From contig OZ220090.1 in the NCBI GenBank assembly GCA_964291625.2, forward strand, positions 96,001-160,000: 64,000 bases of DNA. Direction: 5' to 3'. Below the pieces are notes generated by a model. That model searched no databases. It saw only the letters and a list, made by a program, of their open reading frames with translations, and was not told the DNA's origin. Within the stretch, counting starts at the first letter, position 1. Each line of letters starts with the position of its first letter. This DNA is from Candidatus Latescibacterota bacterium. Lineage in GTDB: Bacteria > Latescibacterota > UBA2968 > UBA8231. A program made the position numbers and the translations under genes. This document shows, in pieces, positions 37,644 to 47,496 of this stretch.

Positions 37644-37712
37644 TTGGTGAACTCCTGATAAAGGGGGAAAGAAAGGTGTTTCGAGTGGGGTAGAGCAGCC
37701 TGTTGGGGGGCG

Positions 37713-37740
37713 AATATACGCAGGCCTATCTATCTGTCAA
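37713..37740 (-). promoter_or_regulatory. Sigma70-type promoter for the glutaredoxin gene
   Basis: TTGACA-16 nt-TATATT on the minus strand. Confidence 0.6.
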
Positions 37741-37767
37741 GCCAATGTGTTAGGTGTGATTTCCCGG

Positions 37768-37797
37768 TTGACGGATCGGGCCGGGCCCGGTTACATT
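37768..37797 (+). promoter_or_regulatory. Sigma70-type promoter for the murA operon
   Basis: TTGACG-18 nt-TACATT, back-to-back with the glutaredoxin promoter. Confidence 0.5.
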
Positions 37798-37868
37798 TGC
37801 CCACTCCCTGACAGCCCTTCCCGCCCCCCTCCGCCCTCTCCTCGCGGAAAAAGAAAAGAACTCAAGAG

Positions 37869-39140
37869 ATGGCTGAAGAAGCACTCTGCATCGAGGGCGC
37901 CCGGCCCCTGCGGGGAGAGACCGAGGTCCAGGGCTCCAAGAACGCGGCCCTGCCCATGATCGCCGCCTCCCTGCTGGCCTCCGAGGGCCAGACCGTCCTG
38001 CATCGGGTGCCGCCGGTCAAGGACGTGCTGGTGGCCCTCGAGATCCTGCGCCGCCTCGGGGCCCGCGTCGACTTCGATCCGGCTGTCGGCACCGCCGTCA
38101 TCGACACGACCACCGTCAACTCCACCGAGCTGCCCCCGGAGATGGGCGCGCGCATGCGCGCCTCGCTGCTCTTCGTGGGGCCCCTGATCAGCCGTTTCCG
38201 CACGGCCACGATCGACGAGGTGGGGGGCTGCACCATCGGCGAGCGCGGCACCGACTACCACTACCGCGGCTTCGCGCGCATGGGGGCGATCGTCGAGGGC
38301 ACCCCCTCGGGGGGCTACGTGGTGCGCGCCGAGGGCATGCGCGGAGCCGATATGTACTGCGACGTGCCGAGCCACACCGGCACCGAGAACCTGGTCATGG
38401 CCGCCAGCTTGGTCGCGGGCGAGTCGGTCATCGTCAACGCCGCCTCCGATCCCGAGATCGTCGACTTCGGCGAGTTGCTGGCCAAGATGGGGGCCCGCGT
38501 CGAGGGCCTGGGCACGCGCCGGGTGCGCATCACCGGCGTCGACCGCCTGCGCGGCGCCGAGCACACGGTCATGCACGACCGCCTCGACGCCGGCCTGATG
38601 CTCATGGCGGCGGCGATCACCCGCGGCGAGGCCACCATCACGGGGGTGCGTCTCGACCACCTGGAGATCTTCGAGGCCAAGCTGCGGCAGATGGGCGTGG
38701 AGCTCGAGGTCCGGGACGGGGCGCGGGTCACCGTGAACGGCCCCGGGCAGCTGTCGCCGATCAACGTCGTGGCCACCTTCTACCCGGGGATGCCCACCGA
38801 CCTGCAGCCCGGCCTCACCGCCCTGGCCTGCACCGCCCGGGGCGACAGCTTCATCCGCGAGACCGTCTTCGAGAACCGCATGGGCCACGTGAAGAGCCTG
38901 CGCCAGTTCGGGGCCCGGATCTCTCCGGAGAAGGACCAGCTGGTGATCGTCCACGGGCCCTCCCGCCTCAAGGGGACCCGGGTGCGGGCCAGCGACATCC
39001 GCGCCGGCGCCGCCTGCGTCCTCGCCGGCCTGGCCGCCGAGGGCCGCACCGAGATCACCAATCTCTACCAGCTCGACCGCGGCCACACCCGCCTGGAGGA
39101 GCGCCTGACGCTGCTTGGCGCCCGTATCGAACGCCTGTAA
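37869..39140 (+). CDS. murA: UDP-N-acetylglucosamine 1-carboxyvinyltransferase
   Basis: [20 protein letters not shown] (catalytic Cys retained), [23 protein letters not shown]. Confidence 0.95.
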   Translation: MAEEALCIEGARPLRGETEVQGSKNAALPMIAASLLASEGQTVLHRVPPVKDVLVALEILRRLGARVDFDPAVGTAVIDTTTVNSTELPPEMGARMRASLLFVGPLISRFRTATIDEVGGCTIGERGTDYHYRGFARMGAIVEGTPSGGYVVRAEGMRGADMYCDVPSHTGTENLVMAASLVAGESVIVNAASDPEIVDFGELLAKMGARVEGLGTRRVRITGVDRLRGAEHTVMHDRLDAGLMLMAAAITRGEATITGVRLDHLEIFEAKLRQMGVELEVRDGARVTVNGPGQLSPINVVATFYPGMPTDLQPGLTALACTARGDSFIRETVFENRMGHVKSLRQFGARISPEKDQLVIVHGPSRLKGTRVRASDIRAGAACVLAGLAAEGRTEITNLYQLDRGHTRLEERLTLLGARIERL

Positions 39141-39151
39141 GGGGGGATCGG

Positions 39152-40294
39152 ATGGGAGTGGAGCTGAAGCCCGACGCGGTGTACCTGGCGCGAGCCCCCG
39201 TGCAGGGGAACACGGCGCCCTGGGAGAGCTACCGCGAGCTGGCCAGGGCCGCCGTGGACGGCCTCGATCTCGAGCTGCCGGCGGGCGGCACGATCTGCAT
39301 CAAGCCCAATGCCACGGTCCTCTATCCCGCCGACAAGCGCATCATCACCCATCCCGGGTTCCTGGCCGGCCTCGCCGAGTCCTTCGCCGCCCGCGGCGTC
39401 GAGCCGTCGCGCATCGAGGTCGGCGACGGCCAGTCGGGGGAGAACCCCGGCGGGGGCCACACCTGGAAGCTCACCGGGTACGAAGACTCCATCGCCGGCG
39501 CCGGGGCGCGGCTGGTGCCCTTCAACGACACACCGACGCGGGAGGTCGAGGTCCCGGGCGGCGTCGTCTTCCAGCGTTACCCGGTCTACACGGCGGTCAC
39601 CGACTGCGCCTTCCTGGTCAACGCGCCCCTGGCCAAGTGCCACAACCTCGGCTGCACCACCCTCGCCATAAAGAACCTCATGGGCGTCCTCGGCCGCCCC
39701 GAGAGGCACCTGTGCACGGTGCAGCCCTGCGACGAGCCCCTCGGCGAGGAGGCCCTCTACCGCCTCGGCGACTCCGGGCTCAGCGTCTTCGAGGAGCGCT
39801 TCTACCACAAGCTGTGCGACATCGTGGCGGCCGTCCGCGCCCTCGGCATGCCGCGTCTGTGCGTGGTGGACGGGCTCATCGGACGCGACGGCACCGCCTT
39901 CAACGAGGGCGAGAACTACCCCCTCGGATGGTCCGTGGCCGGCGTCAACGAGGTCCACGTCGACGCCGTGGCCACCTGGCTCATGGGGCTGGATCCCGTG
40001 CAGACACCCTACCTGCAGTTCGCCGAGGCCCGCGGCCAGGGCCGCATCCGCCCCGAGCAGATCGACGTCGTCGACCTGTCCACGGGGGACCGCATGTCCG
40101 CCGCTCAGCTGGCGGCGGTGCGCCGGCCCGAGCCGCTGATGCCGGTCAGCCGCTGCCAGGGCGGCTACTACGCCCGCTTCCGCGACGACGGCTCGGCCGT
40201 GCCCTGGCGCATCGACGACGTCAACCAGCAGCGCCGGCGCGACGGCCTCGAGCCGGTCCCCGTCCACGTCCTCGAGAGCCTGGCCGCCGGCTAG
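39152..40294 (+). CDS. Cytoplasmic DUF362-domain protein
   Basis: IKPN, ITHP, VGDG, AKCH..TTLAIKNLMG, VVDG, VDAVA..LMG. Confidence 0.8.
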   Translation: MGVELKPDAVYLARAPVQGNTAPWESYRELARAAVDGLDLELPAGGTICIKPNATVLYPADKRIITHPGFLAGLAESFAARGVEPSRIEVGDGQSGENPGGGHTWKLTGYEDSIAGAGARLVPFNDTPTREVEVPGGVVFQRYPVYTAVTDCAFLVNAPLAKCHNLGCTTLAIKNLMGVLGRPERHLCTVQPCDEPLGEEALYRLGDSGLSVFEERFYHKLCDIVAAVRALGMPRLCVVDGLIGRDGTAFNEGENYPLGWSVAGVNEVHVDAVATWLMGLDPVQTPYLQFAEARGQGRIRPEQIDVVDLSTGDRMSAAQLAAVRRPEPLMPVSRCQGGYYARFRDDGSAVPWRIDDVNQQRRRDGLEPVPVHVLESLAAG

Positions 40295-40306
40295 CCCGGA
40301 GCCCCC

Positions 40307-40648
40307 GTGTCCGACGCCACCCTCGCCGATCTCCAGCGGCAGGTGGACGAGTGGATCCGCACCGTCGGGGTCCGCTACTACGGCGAGCTGACGAACACCG
40401 CCATCCTCGCCGAGGAGGTGGGCGAGGTGGCCCGCCTCATGGCCCGCCTCTACGGCGAGCAGAGCTTCAAGCCGGGCGAGGAGCAGGGCCGCCAGGCCCT
40501 GGCCGGCGAGATGGCCGATGTCCTCTTCGTGCTCATCTGCCTGGCCAACCAGACCGGCGTCGACCTGGAGGAGGCCTTCGCCCGCAGGCTGGAGGCCCGG
40601 ACGAGCCGCGACCGCGAGCGCCACGCCGCCAACCCCAAGTTGCGCTGA
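40307..40648 (+). CDS. MazG-like nucleotide pyrophosphohydrolase (YpjD-like)
   Basis: LAEEVGEVAR...GEMADVLFVLICLANQTGVDL. Confidence 0.9.
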   Translation: MSDATLADLQRQVDEWIRTVGVRYYGELTNTAILAEEVGEVARLMARLYGEQSFKPGEEQGRQALAGEMADVLFVLICLANQTGVDLEEAFARRLEARTSRDRERHAANPKLR

Positions 40649-40743
40649 GTCCCACGCGCAGGCGCTTCTGCCTGCGCACCCGCTTCCACAACAGCATCCC
40701 CAGCCAGCGGCTGAGTCCGGCGGCTGGTGCCGATCCGGCGGGG

Positions 40744-43700
40744 TCAGGGATCCCTGCGGCCGGCGTCGGAGAGAGGCCCTCCCGGCGGGGTCCGCTCGCG
40801 GTGCCAGGCGAGGAGGGCGAGGAAGAGCGGCGTCAGTCCGAAGAGGACCATGAGCACGCCGTTGATCCTGAAGTATCCGGCCTCGTACGCGAAGTACCGG
40901 ATGCCGAGGGGGACGAGGGAGCTCCAGGTCATCACCACGTAGAAGAGCAGGTTGAAGCGGATGTGCTTCCAGATCAGGTATCCCAGGATCAGCATCATCG
41001 GGAGGAATCCCGCAAGAAGGAATCCGGCGTGGTAGAAGTCCCTGGCCGGTGAGACGACGGACCGGAAGAGGAGGACGAGGACCACGCCCAGGACGAGCAG
41101 CCAGGTCCGGCCCGCGGTGCGCCGCCAGACGAACAGGACCCCGAGCAGCAGAGGGGGAATGAGGAGGATGCCGCTGACCTCGTCCATGAGCTCGCCGAGG
41201 GCGGGAAGCCAGGTGTTGATGCCGGCGGGGGTTCCGCCGGAGGCCGCGAGGTACTCCCCGAGGAAGGCCAGGTTCAGGTGGCCGGTGTACACGCCGAGGC
41301 CCCTGGAGATACCGAGGAAGCAAGCGACCAGGAAGACCACCTGGCACCAGAGGGCCGCGCTGCCGGCCCGAAGGCGGAGCACGTCGACCCATCCGGCGAG
41401 CTGCATCTCGCCGGGGCGTTCGCTGCGGAAGAAGGTGTCGCCGAGGGCGCCCGCGAGGAGGGCCATGATGGCGATGCCGGCGATCTTCACCGCGAGACTG
41501 ATGACCTCCTTGCCGAGGAAGGTGCCCAGGGCGACGCTGGTGTCGAAACCCTGGTAGAACACGGGCAGTTCGTTGAGGGCCTCGAAGAGGCTCAGCGCGG
41601 CGATGAGAAGGCCCAGGCGAAGGGGCAGACCCCACTTGACGTCCCCCCGGCGGTAGGCGCGCAGGAGGTGGATGACGCACAGGACGAGGGTGGTGAAGAT
41701 GGCGATGGTGCCAAGGGTCGATACGACCGAGCTCTTGGCCGTGCGCTCCCTCAGCTCGCGCAGGAATTCCTCGGGCGCCTTGTAGACCTTGTACCCGACG
41801 CCGATGCGGTCCCCCTGCACCGAGGCGATGACGCGGAACTCGCCGTCCTCGACCTTGATGTCGGTCCGTTCCCACACAAAGCTGTGGTCGACCCGGTTCT
41901 CGCGTTTGAAGGAGCGCCCTTCGAGGCGCTTGTAGAGTGTGGTATCGGACACGTCCCGCTCCAGGTACTGGCGCAGGAATTCCCGCGCCATGACCTCGGC
42001 CTTCTCGATCTCGAGTTCCGCGCCTTCCTGGCTCTCGGGGACGGCGTGGGAGAGGTAGGAGAACTCTCCCTGGCCGTCGATGCCGATGGTCAGCTCCTCC
42101 TTCTCGAGGGGGCGGAACCAGCGCACGTACCAGTGCCAGGAGGAGGTGTGCTCGGCGGCGAGCGTGTCCGCCCGCTCCGCTCCGGCCTTGCGCAGGAGAT
42201 GGGTGAAGTGGCCGGAGCCGAGGCTGCTGGAGAAGGACGCGGTCCGGCGGTAGCCCTCGAGCTCGAGGCCGAGCTGCTCCCGGATCTCCTCGGCCTTCTC
42301 GACGGCCTCGGCCCTGGGGATGAGGTGCTCGCGGGCGTACTCGCCGTATCGATAGGGCTTCAAGGCGAAGTACGCGGACCAGCCCGCCAGACCGAGGACG
42401 GCGAAGGTGATCAGGCCCTTTCGCGATACGAGGTAGTCCCGGGGCGTCTTGCGCTCCACCGGGGGGGCGTCCGGTGTCTCGGGTCTGTCCGGTTCCGGTG
42501 GAGGCGGGGGCTCCGGCTCGGCCGGGGCCGGACCGGCGGGCGGCGTTTCCTCGGGTTCATCGTCAAGGTCGCGGCGGCCCGTGACCAGGGCCCAGATGGC
42601 GGGAATCGCGGGAAGGACGATCACGGCGAGAGCCAGGAAGCCCGACGCTTTGAAGTACAGACTGTCCGACTGCATCATCGGGTAGGTGCCGAGGAAGCAG
42701 TTGTACACGTAGTGGGATACGACGGTCGTCCAGATGCCGAAGCGCAGGAAGACCACGCCGAAGACGACGCCGACCACGGTCAGCTCGAGGCCGCGGATGT
42801 AGATCGGCTCCTGGGCGTAGTTGGCGTGCAGGAAGGCCCAGACCACGCCGGGAAGGAGAACGGCCAGCCAGGGCCTGTTGAGCCAGCGAAGGAGGAGGGA
42901 GATGGCCGCGAGGCGAAAGAGGAACTCCTCCACGGTGGTGGCCACGAGGCCGGTCAGCAGGGGGTAGATCCAGGGCAGCCAGGTGCTGTAGGTGTTGCTG
43001 TACTCGGCTATCGCCGCCGGAGCCCACACCCCGAGGTACTCGTTCCCGAGGATGTAGAAGAGGGTGACGTATCCGAGGTGGGCGAAAGCCAGCCCGTAGC
43101 CGATGAGGACGACCCGGGCGAAAGCGGCGGACCGCCAGCGGCCCGGGGACAACCGGGCCAGGGGGTTGCGTCCGCTCACGTCCCGTGCGGCGGCGCCTCC
43201 GGCCGTACCGCACAGGATGATCAGGACGCCGAGCAGAGAGGCGGAGAGCAGGCCGGTGAAGAGGAAGTTGAGGATGAAGGAGACGTGCGACTGCGTCGTG
43301 TCGTACCCGAAGTACGAGAGGGGATAGCCGTTGAGGGACCCGACGTAGCTGAGGACTCCCGTCACGGCCCCGACGACGACGGGGACGCGCCAGCTCAACT
43401 CGCGCCGCCGGTACTTCCGCACGAGGAAGACGGCCGTGGCGATCATCAGGGCCGTGGCGATGGCCGACGCGACGTTGTAGATCAGGCCGGCCCGGGAACG
43501 GATCTCCCGGTACTCGCGGGCGAAGGTCTCCGGTACCTTGAGGTACTCCGAGAATCCGCCGGCCCTGTCGCCCTGTACCGACACCCAGAGCCGGTAGTGG
43601 CCGTCCTCCCCGGCGACCCAGTCCCGCTTCCGCCAGGTGAAGGTGTGGTCCCGGCGCGCCGGGCGGTCGACGCTCGAGGCCTCGATCGGCTCGTAGTCCT

Positions 43701-44196
43701 CGAGGGAGAAGCCCTGCACCTCGGTGAGGAAGGCCTCGGCCACGCCACGGGCCTCTTCCTGGGGCAGGCTGGCGCCCTCGTCGGACTCGAGGATGGCGTG
43801 GGTGAATCGCGTGACCCGCCCGCCGGGATCGATGCCGACCCGCAGCTCCTCCTTCTGCAGCGGCTTGAACCAGCGGATCTGCCAGGACCAGATCGAGATC
43901 CAGTCCTGCACGAGGCCGTTGGACTCGGCCAGCCCCAGGGTGCGCTCCAGGAAGACCTGGGCCAGCCCGGCGCGCGAGAAGATCTGGGCGCTCTCGTACT
44001 CCGAGAGGTCGTAGCCGAGGCGGTCCAGATAGCTCTCGGCCGCCTCGAAGGCCTGCTCGCGGTCGACCCGGAAGTTGAGGGAGGCCACGGGCCAGGCGCG
44101 GTCGTAGAGCCCGATGTAGCAGGCCAGGCCCAGGGCTCCCGCGGCCAGGAAGCCGAGGATCCAGAGGGTGTCGCGGCGGTGGGTCGGGGTTGTCAT
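40744..44196 (-). CDS. Large CPBP (Abi/Rce1-like) intramembrane glutamic endopeptidase with an internal duplication
   Basis: EEFLFR, WAFLH, SHYVYN motifs; two homologous extracytoplasmic+TM modules joined by a Pro/Glu-rich linker. Confidence 0.85.
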   Translation of the reverse strand: MTTPTHRRDTLWILGFLAAGALGLACYIGLYDRAWPVASLNFRVDREQAFEAAESYLDRLGYDLSEYESAQIFSRAGLAQVFLERTLGLAESNGLVQDWISIWSWQIRWFKPLQKEELRVGIDPGGRVTRFTHAILESDEGASLPQEEARGVAEAFLTEVQGFSLEDYEPIEASSVDRPARRDHTFTWRKRDWVAGEDGHYRLWVSVQGDRAGGFSEYLKVPETFAREYREIRSRAGLIYNVASAIATALMIATAVFLVRKYRRRELSWRVPVVVGAVTGVLSYVGSLNGYPLSYFGYDTTQSHVSFILNFLFTGLLSASLLGVLIILCGTAGGAAARDVSGRNPLARLSPGRWRSAAFARVVLIGYGLAFAHLGYVTLFYILGNEYLGVWAPAAIAEYSNTYSTWLPWIYPLLTGLVATTVEEFLFRLAAISLLLRWLNRPWLAVLLPGVVWAFLHANYAQEPIYIRGLELTVVGVVFGVVFLRFGIWTTVVSHYVYNCFLGTYPMMQSDSLYFKASGFLALAVIVLPAIPAIWALVTGRRDLDDEPEETPPAGPAPAEPEPPPPPEPDRPETPDAPPVERKTPRDYLVSRKGLITFAVLGLAGWSAYFALKPYRYGEYAREHLIPRAEAVEKAEEIREQLGLELEGYRRTASFSSSLGSGHFTHLLRKAGAERADTLAAEHTSSWHWYVRWFRPLEKEELTIGIDGQGEFSYLSHAVPESQEGAELEIEKAEVMAREFLRQYLERDVSDTTLYKRLEGRSFKRENRVDHSFVWERTDIKVEDGEFRVIASVQGDRIGVGYKVYKAPEEFLRELRERTAKSSVVSTLGTIAIFTTLVLCVIHLLRAYRRGDVKWGLPLRLGLLIAALSLFEALNELPVFYQGFDTSVALGTFLGKEVISLAVKIAGIAIMALLAGALGDTFFRSERPGEMQLAGWVDVLRLRAGSAALWCQVVFLVACFLGISRGLGVYTGHLNLAFLGEYLAASGGTPAGINTWLPALGELMDEVSGILLIPPLLLGVLFVWRRTAGRTWLLVLGVVLVLLFRSVVSPARDFYHAGFLLAGFLPMMLILGYLIWKHIRFNLLFYVVMTWSSLVPLGIRYFAYEAGYFRINGVLMVLFGLTPLFLALLAWHRERTPPGGPLSDAGRRDP

Positions 44197-44474
44197 TCTC
44201 GGGGGTTACCCTTCCGGCAGTCTCCGCCGACAAAAAGAGACATGTCGAGGGTGCGTGCCAAACGTGGGCACTGGCCCGGAGCGCGGCAGATCCTGTTCTT
44301 CTGCCCCTTCCCGCGCCGGGGCCCGCGATCACGGAGGATCCGCCCTTCGGCCGGGCGCCGGAGCCGGGGCGGGACCGGGGCGCAAGCGGATACAGGGAGA
44401 CGAAGAGTGGAGCAGGAGAGACGACGACAGATCCAGGGATCCCCTGGTGACCGGGGCACGAGGCCCCGGACTCG

Positions 44475-46094
44475 ATGAGCGACAGGACCCCCCACTCCAT
44501 GACCGGGTCCCGCGGCGTCGTGGCGGCCGAGTCCGAGCTGGTGGCCCAGGCCGGGGAGCGGATCTACGCCGAGGGAGGCAACGCCTTCGACGCGGCGGCC
44601 GCCGCCTGCCTGGCCTGCGCCGTGCGCCATCCCGACAAGAACGGCATCGGCGGCTATCTCATGGCGGCGGTGGTTCTGGAGGGCGACAGCGGCCGCGTGT
44701 GGTCCCTCGATGCCAACGCCCGGGCCCCCGCCGCCGCCCACGAGAGCATGTACGACGTCGGGCCCGTGGGCGACGGCCCGATGGGGACCAACGAGGACGA
44801 GTACGACTGCTCGGTCGCCGGTGACGCCAACGTCCACGGGCCGCTGGCGGTGGCCGTACCGGGGCAGATGGCCGGCATCGGCGCCCTGTGGGAGCGCTGG
44901 GGCCGCCTGCCGTGGCCGCGGATCGTGCAGCCCTCGCTGGACCTGGTGGCCGACGGCTTCCCCTTCGGCGCGGCCCTCCAAGCCTCGATCGCCGGGCTGG
45001 AGCCGGTGATCCGGCGGTTCCCGGCCAGCGCCGAGCACCTGCTGCCCGAGGGACGCGTGCCGTCGGCGGACGACGTCTGGCACCCCTCCGGCCTGGAGCC
45101 CACCCTGCGGCGGCTGGCCGAGGCCGGTTGGCGGGACTTCTACGACGGCGAGCTTGGCCGCGCCGTGGCCGACAGCGTCTCTCAGGCGGGGGGCGTGCTC
45201 ACCCGCCAGGACATGGCCGCCTTCCAGCCCGGCGTCACCGAGCCCTACCGGACACGCTACCGCGAGACGGAGATCCTCGGGGCGGTCCTGCCCAACGGGC
45301 CGCTCACCGTGATGCAGGCCCTGAACATGCTCGCCCGCTTCGAGCCGGCGCCGCCGTCGGACGTGGGGTTCTGGCACCGCGCGGCGGAGGTCCTCAAGCT
45401 CGCCTGGCGGGACCGGCTATCCTACCTCGGCGACCCCGACTTCGTGGACGTCCCCGTCGAGCGGCTGCTGAGCGAGGAGTACGCCTCCGGCCGCGTCGAG
45501 GACCTGCTGCGCTTCCCCGACCACGTCGACCAGCGGCCCTTCGCCGCCGGCGGCGGACGGCCCGAGACGAGCCACGTCTCGGCCGCCGACGCCGAGGGCA
45601 ACGTGGTCTCGGCCACCATCACCCAGGGCGGCTCCTTCGGCTCGGTCTTCACCGTGCCGGACCGCGGGATCGTCCTCGGCCACGGCATGTGCCGCCTCGA
45701 CCCGCGCCCGGGGCGGCCGAACTCGGTGGCCGGCGGCAAGCGCCCCCTGAACAACGTGATGACCATGGTCCTGCGGCTGCCGGAACGGGACGTGGCCCTC
45801 GGCATGCCCGGCGGCCGCCGCATCATCGCCGTGGGCACGCTGATGGCCCAGCGCATCGCCGACCACGGGGCGACCTCGGCCGAGGCCGCCCTGGCGCCGC
45901 GCCTGCACGTGACCGGCGCCGAGCCCCTGGAGCTTCAGGACACGGTGGACGGCGGGGTCGCCGCCGGGCTGGAGGCCCTGGGCCACCGGGTGCGGCGGGT
46001 GTCCCGCGTCGGGGGCCTCGCCGCGGGGGCCGAGTTCCTGCGCACCGGCGGCGGCCTGCGGGCCGGCGGCGGCGGCCGGGTCGCCGGCCTGTGA
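44475..46094 (+). CDS. ggt: Gamma-glutamyltransferase family protein
   Basis: GGNAFDAA, GIGG, VAVPG, FYDGE, DR..YLGDPDF; nucleophile Thr in ETSHVSAAD; GKRP, GMPGG. Confidence 0.88.
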   Translation: MSDRTPHSMTGSRGVVAAESELVAQAGERIYAEGGNAFDAAAAACLACAVRHPDKNGIGGYLMAAVVLEGDSGRVWSLDANARAPAAAHESMYDVGPVGDGPMGTNEDEYDCSVAGDANVHGPLAVAVPGQMAGIGALWERWGRLPWPRIVQPSLDLVADGFPFGAALQASIAGLEPVIRRFPASAEHLLPEGRVPSADDVWHPSGLEPTLRRLAEAGWRDFYDGELGRAVADSVSQAGGVLTRQDMAAFQPGVTEPYRTRYRETEILGAVLPNGPLTVMQALNMLARFEPAPPSDVGFWHRAAEVLKLAWRDRLSYLGDPDFVDVPVERLLSEEYASGRVEDLLRFPDHVDQRPFAAGGGRPETSHVSAADAEGNVVSATITQGGSFGSVFTVPDRGIVLGHGMCRLDPRPGRPNSVAGGKRPLNNVMTMVLRLPERDVALGMPGGRRIIAVGTLMAQRIADHGATSAEAALAPRLHVTGAEPLELQDTVDGGVAAGLEALGHRVRRVSRVGGLAAGAEFLRTGGGLRAGGGGRVAGL

Positions 46095-47470
46095 GCGAGG
46101 CGCCGCAGCACCACACCGTCATCATCGTCGGCGGCGGTCCCGCGGGACTGCCCCTGGCCGTGGTCTTCGGCGGCTGGCACCCGTACTTCCGCCACAGCCC
46201 CGTCCTGCAGGAGCGCTACCCGCAGCTCGGCGACTACCTCCGCCATCACCCGGGCAGCCTCCTGAGCCTCGACTACCGCGCCCTCCTGCGGGCCGGCCTC
46301 CACCCGGCCGACCTGTTCCGCGTCCTCCATCACCCCCGGCAGTGGTTCAGCGGCCCCGAGCAGATCGCCCTGGAGTTCCGGCGCCACGAGCCCCTCGACT
46401 GCCTGCTGATCACCCAGGAGGAGGTCGGCGGCCTGTGGAACAACGTCCCCGAGAACCTGCTCACCCTCTCTCCCGGCCAGTGGATGGAGTTCCCCTTCTA
46501 CCCCCTGGCGCAGTGGGCCCGCGAGTCGGGGGACGACTTCGACGTGAACGAGCTGATCGTCAAGGGCCGCCTGATCGACTACTACCGCAGCATCCCCCGG
46601 CGCTTCGAGATCGAGGACAACATCCGCACCTGGGAGCGGGTGACCCGCGTCGAGCCCCACGAGAAGGGGTTCCTGGTGACCGCCGTCGACGTCTCCGACT
46701 GGGCCGACAAGGACCCCGTGCAGCTGCGGCGACCGGCCTTCCCGCAGCCGGCGGACGCCGTCGAGGAAGGCCGGGCCGAGCGCCTTTACACCTGCCGCTA
46801 CCTGGTCTACGCCGTGGGCCAGCGGTGCGAGCTGCGTTCCCTCGGGGTGCCGGGGGAGGAGCTGCCCTTCGTCACCCAGTTCTACGACCGGCCCGAGGAC
46901 TTCCCCGGCGAGCGCGTCCTCGTCGTCGGCGGCGGGCGGTCGGCGGACTGGGCGGCCACCGAGCTGCACGACGCCGGCCGCGAGGTGACCTACGTCATGC
47001 GCCAGTCACACGGCCGCCACTGGGCCCTGATCAACCAGAGCCGCGGCGGCCTGCCCTACTACGCCCGCATCGCCGAGATCCTCGAGGAGCCGTCGCCGCG
47101 CCTGCGGGCCCTCTACGACGCGCGGGTGGAGCGCATCGAGGAGGGCTCCGGCGGCGGTATGGTGACGCTGTCGCAGAACGGGCAGGTGCAGACGATCGAG
47201 GTGGACCACGTGCTCAAGGAGATCGGCGGCAGGGCGGACTACTCGCTGCTGAAGGGCTTCAAGAGCCCCCTGAGCCTGGTGGACAAGCACGACCCCTACC
47301 GCTTCCAGGTGAAGCAGATGCCGGTCCATCCCCACAGCGGCGAGTCCGTGGAGATCCCCGGCCTCTACCCCGGCGGCTATCTCGCCGAGGGCCTCGGCCT
47401 CGTGGTGATCGCCATGCACGGCACGACCTACGCGATCGCCGGCGACATCCTGCGCCGGGAGGGGCGCTGA
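46091..47470 (+). CDS. FAD/NAD(P)-dependent oxidoreductase, OSGIN1/2-like
   Basis: GTGA overlap start; VIIVGGGPAG and VLVVGGGRSA Rossmann motifs; GGLW...LSPGQWMEFP. Confidence 0.75.
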   Translation: MSEAPQHHTVIIVGGGPAGLPLAVVFGGWHPYFRHSPVLQERYPQLGDYLRHHPGSLLSLDYRALLRAGLHPADLFRVLHHPRQWFSGPEQIALEFRRHEPLDCLLITQEEVGGLWNNVPENLLTLSPGQWMEFPFYPLAQWARESGDDFDVNELIVKGRLIDYYRSIPRRFEIEDNIRTWERVTRVEPHEKGFLVTAVDVSDWADKDPVQLRRPAFPQPADAVEEGRAERLYTCRYLVYAVGQRCELRSLGVPGEELPFVTQFYDRPEDFPGERVLVVGGGRSADWAATELHDAGREVTYVMRQSHGRHWALINQSRGGLPYYARIAEILEEPSPRLRALYDARVERIEEGSGGGMVTLSQNGQVQTIEVDHVLKEIGGRADYSLLKGFKSPLSLVDKHDPYRFQVKQMPVHPHSGESVEIPGLYPGGYLAEGLGLVVIAMHGTTYAIAGDILRREGR

Positions 47471-47496
47471 GGCTTGGCCCCGTCTCGCTGGAGGCT

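Noticed and set aside
37869-39140. Fosfomycin-resistant MurA variant
   Set aside because: Catalytic Cys is retained (GGCTIG); no Cys-to-Asp change
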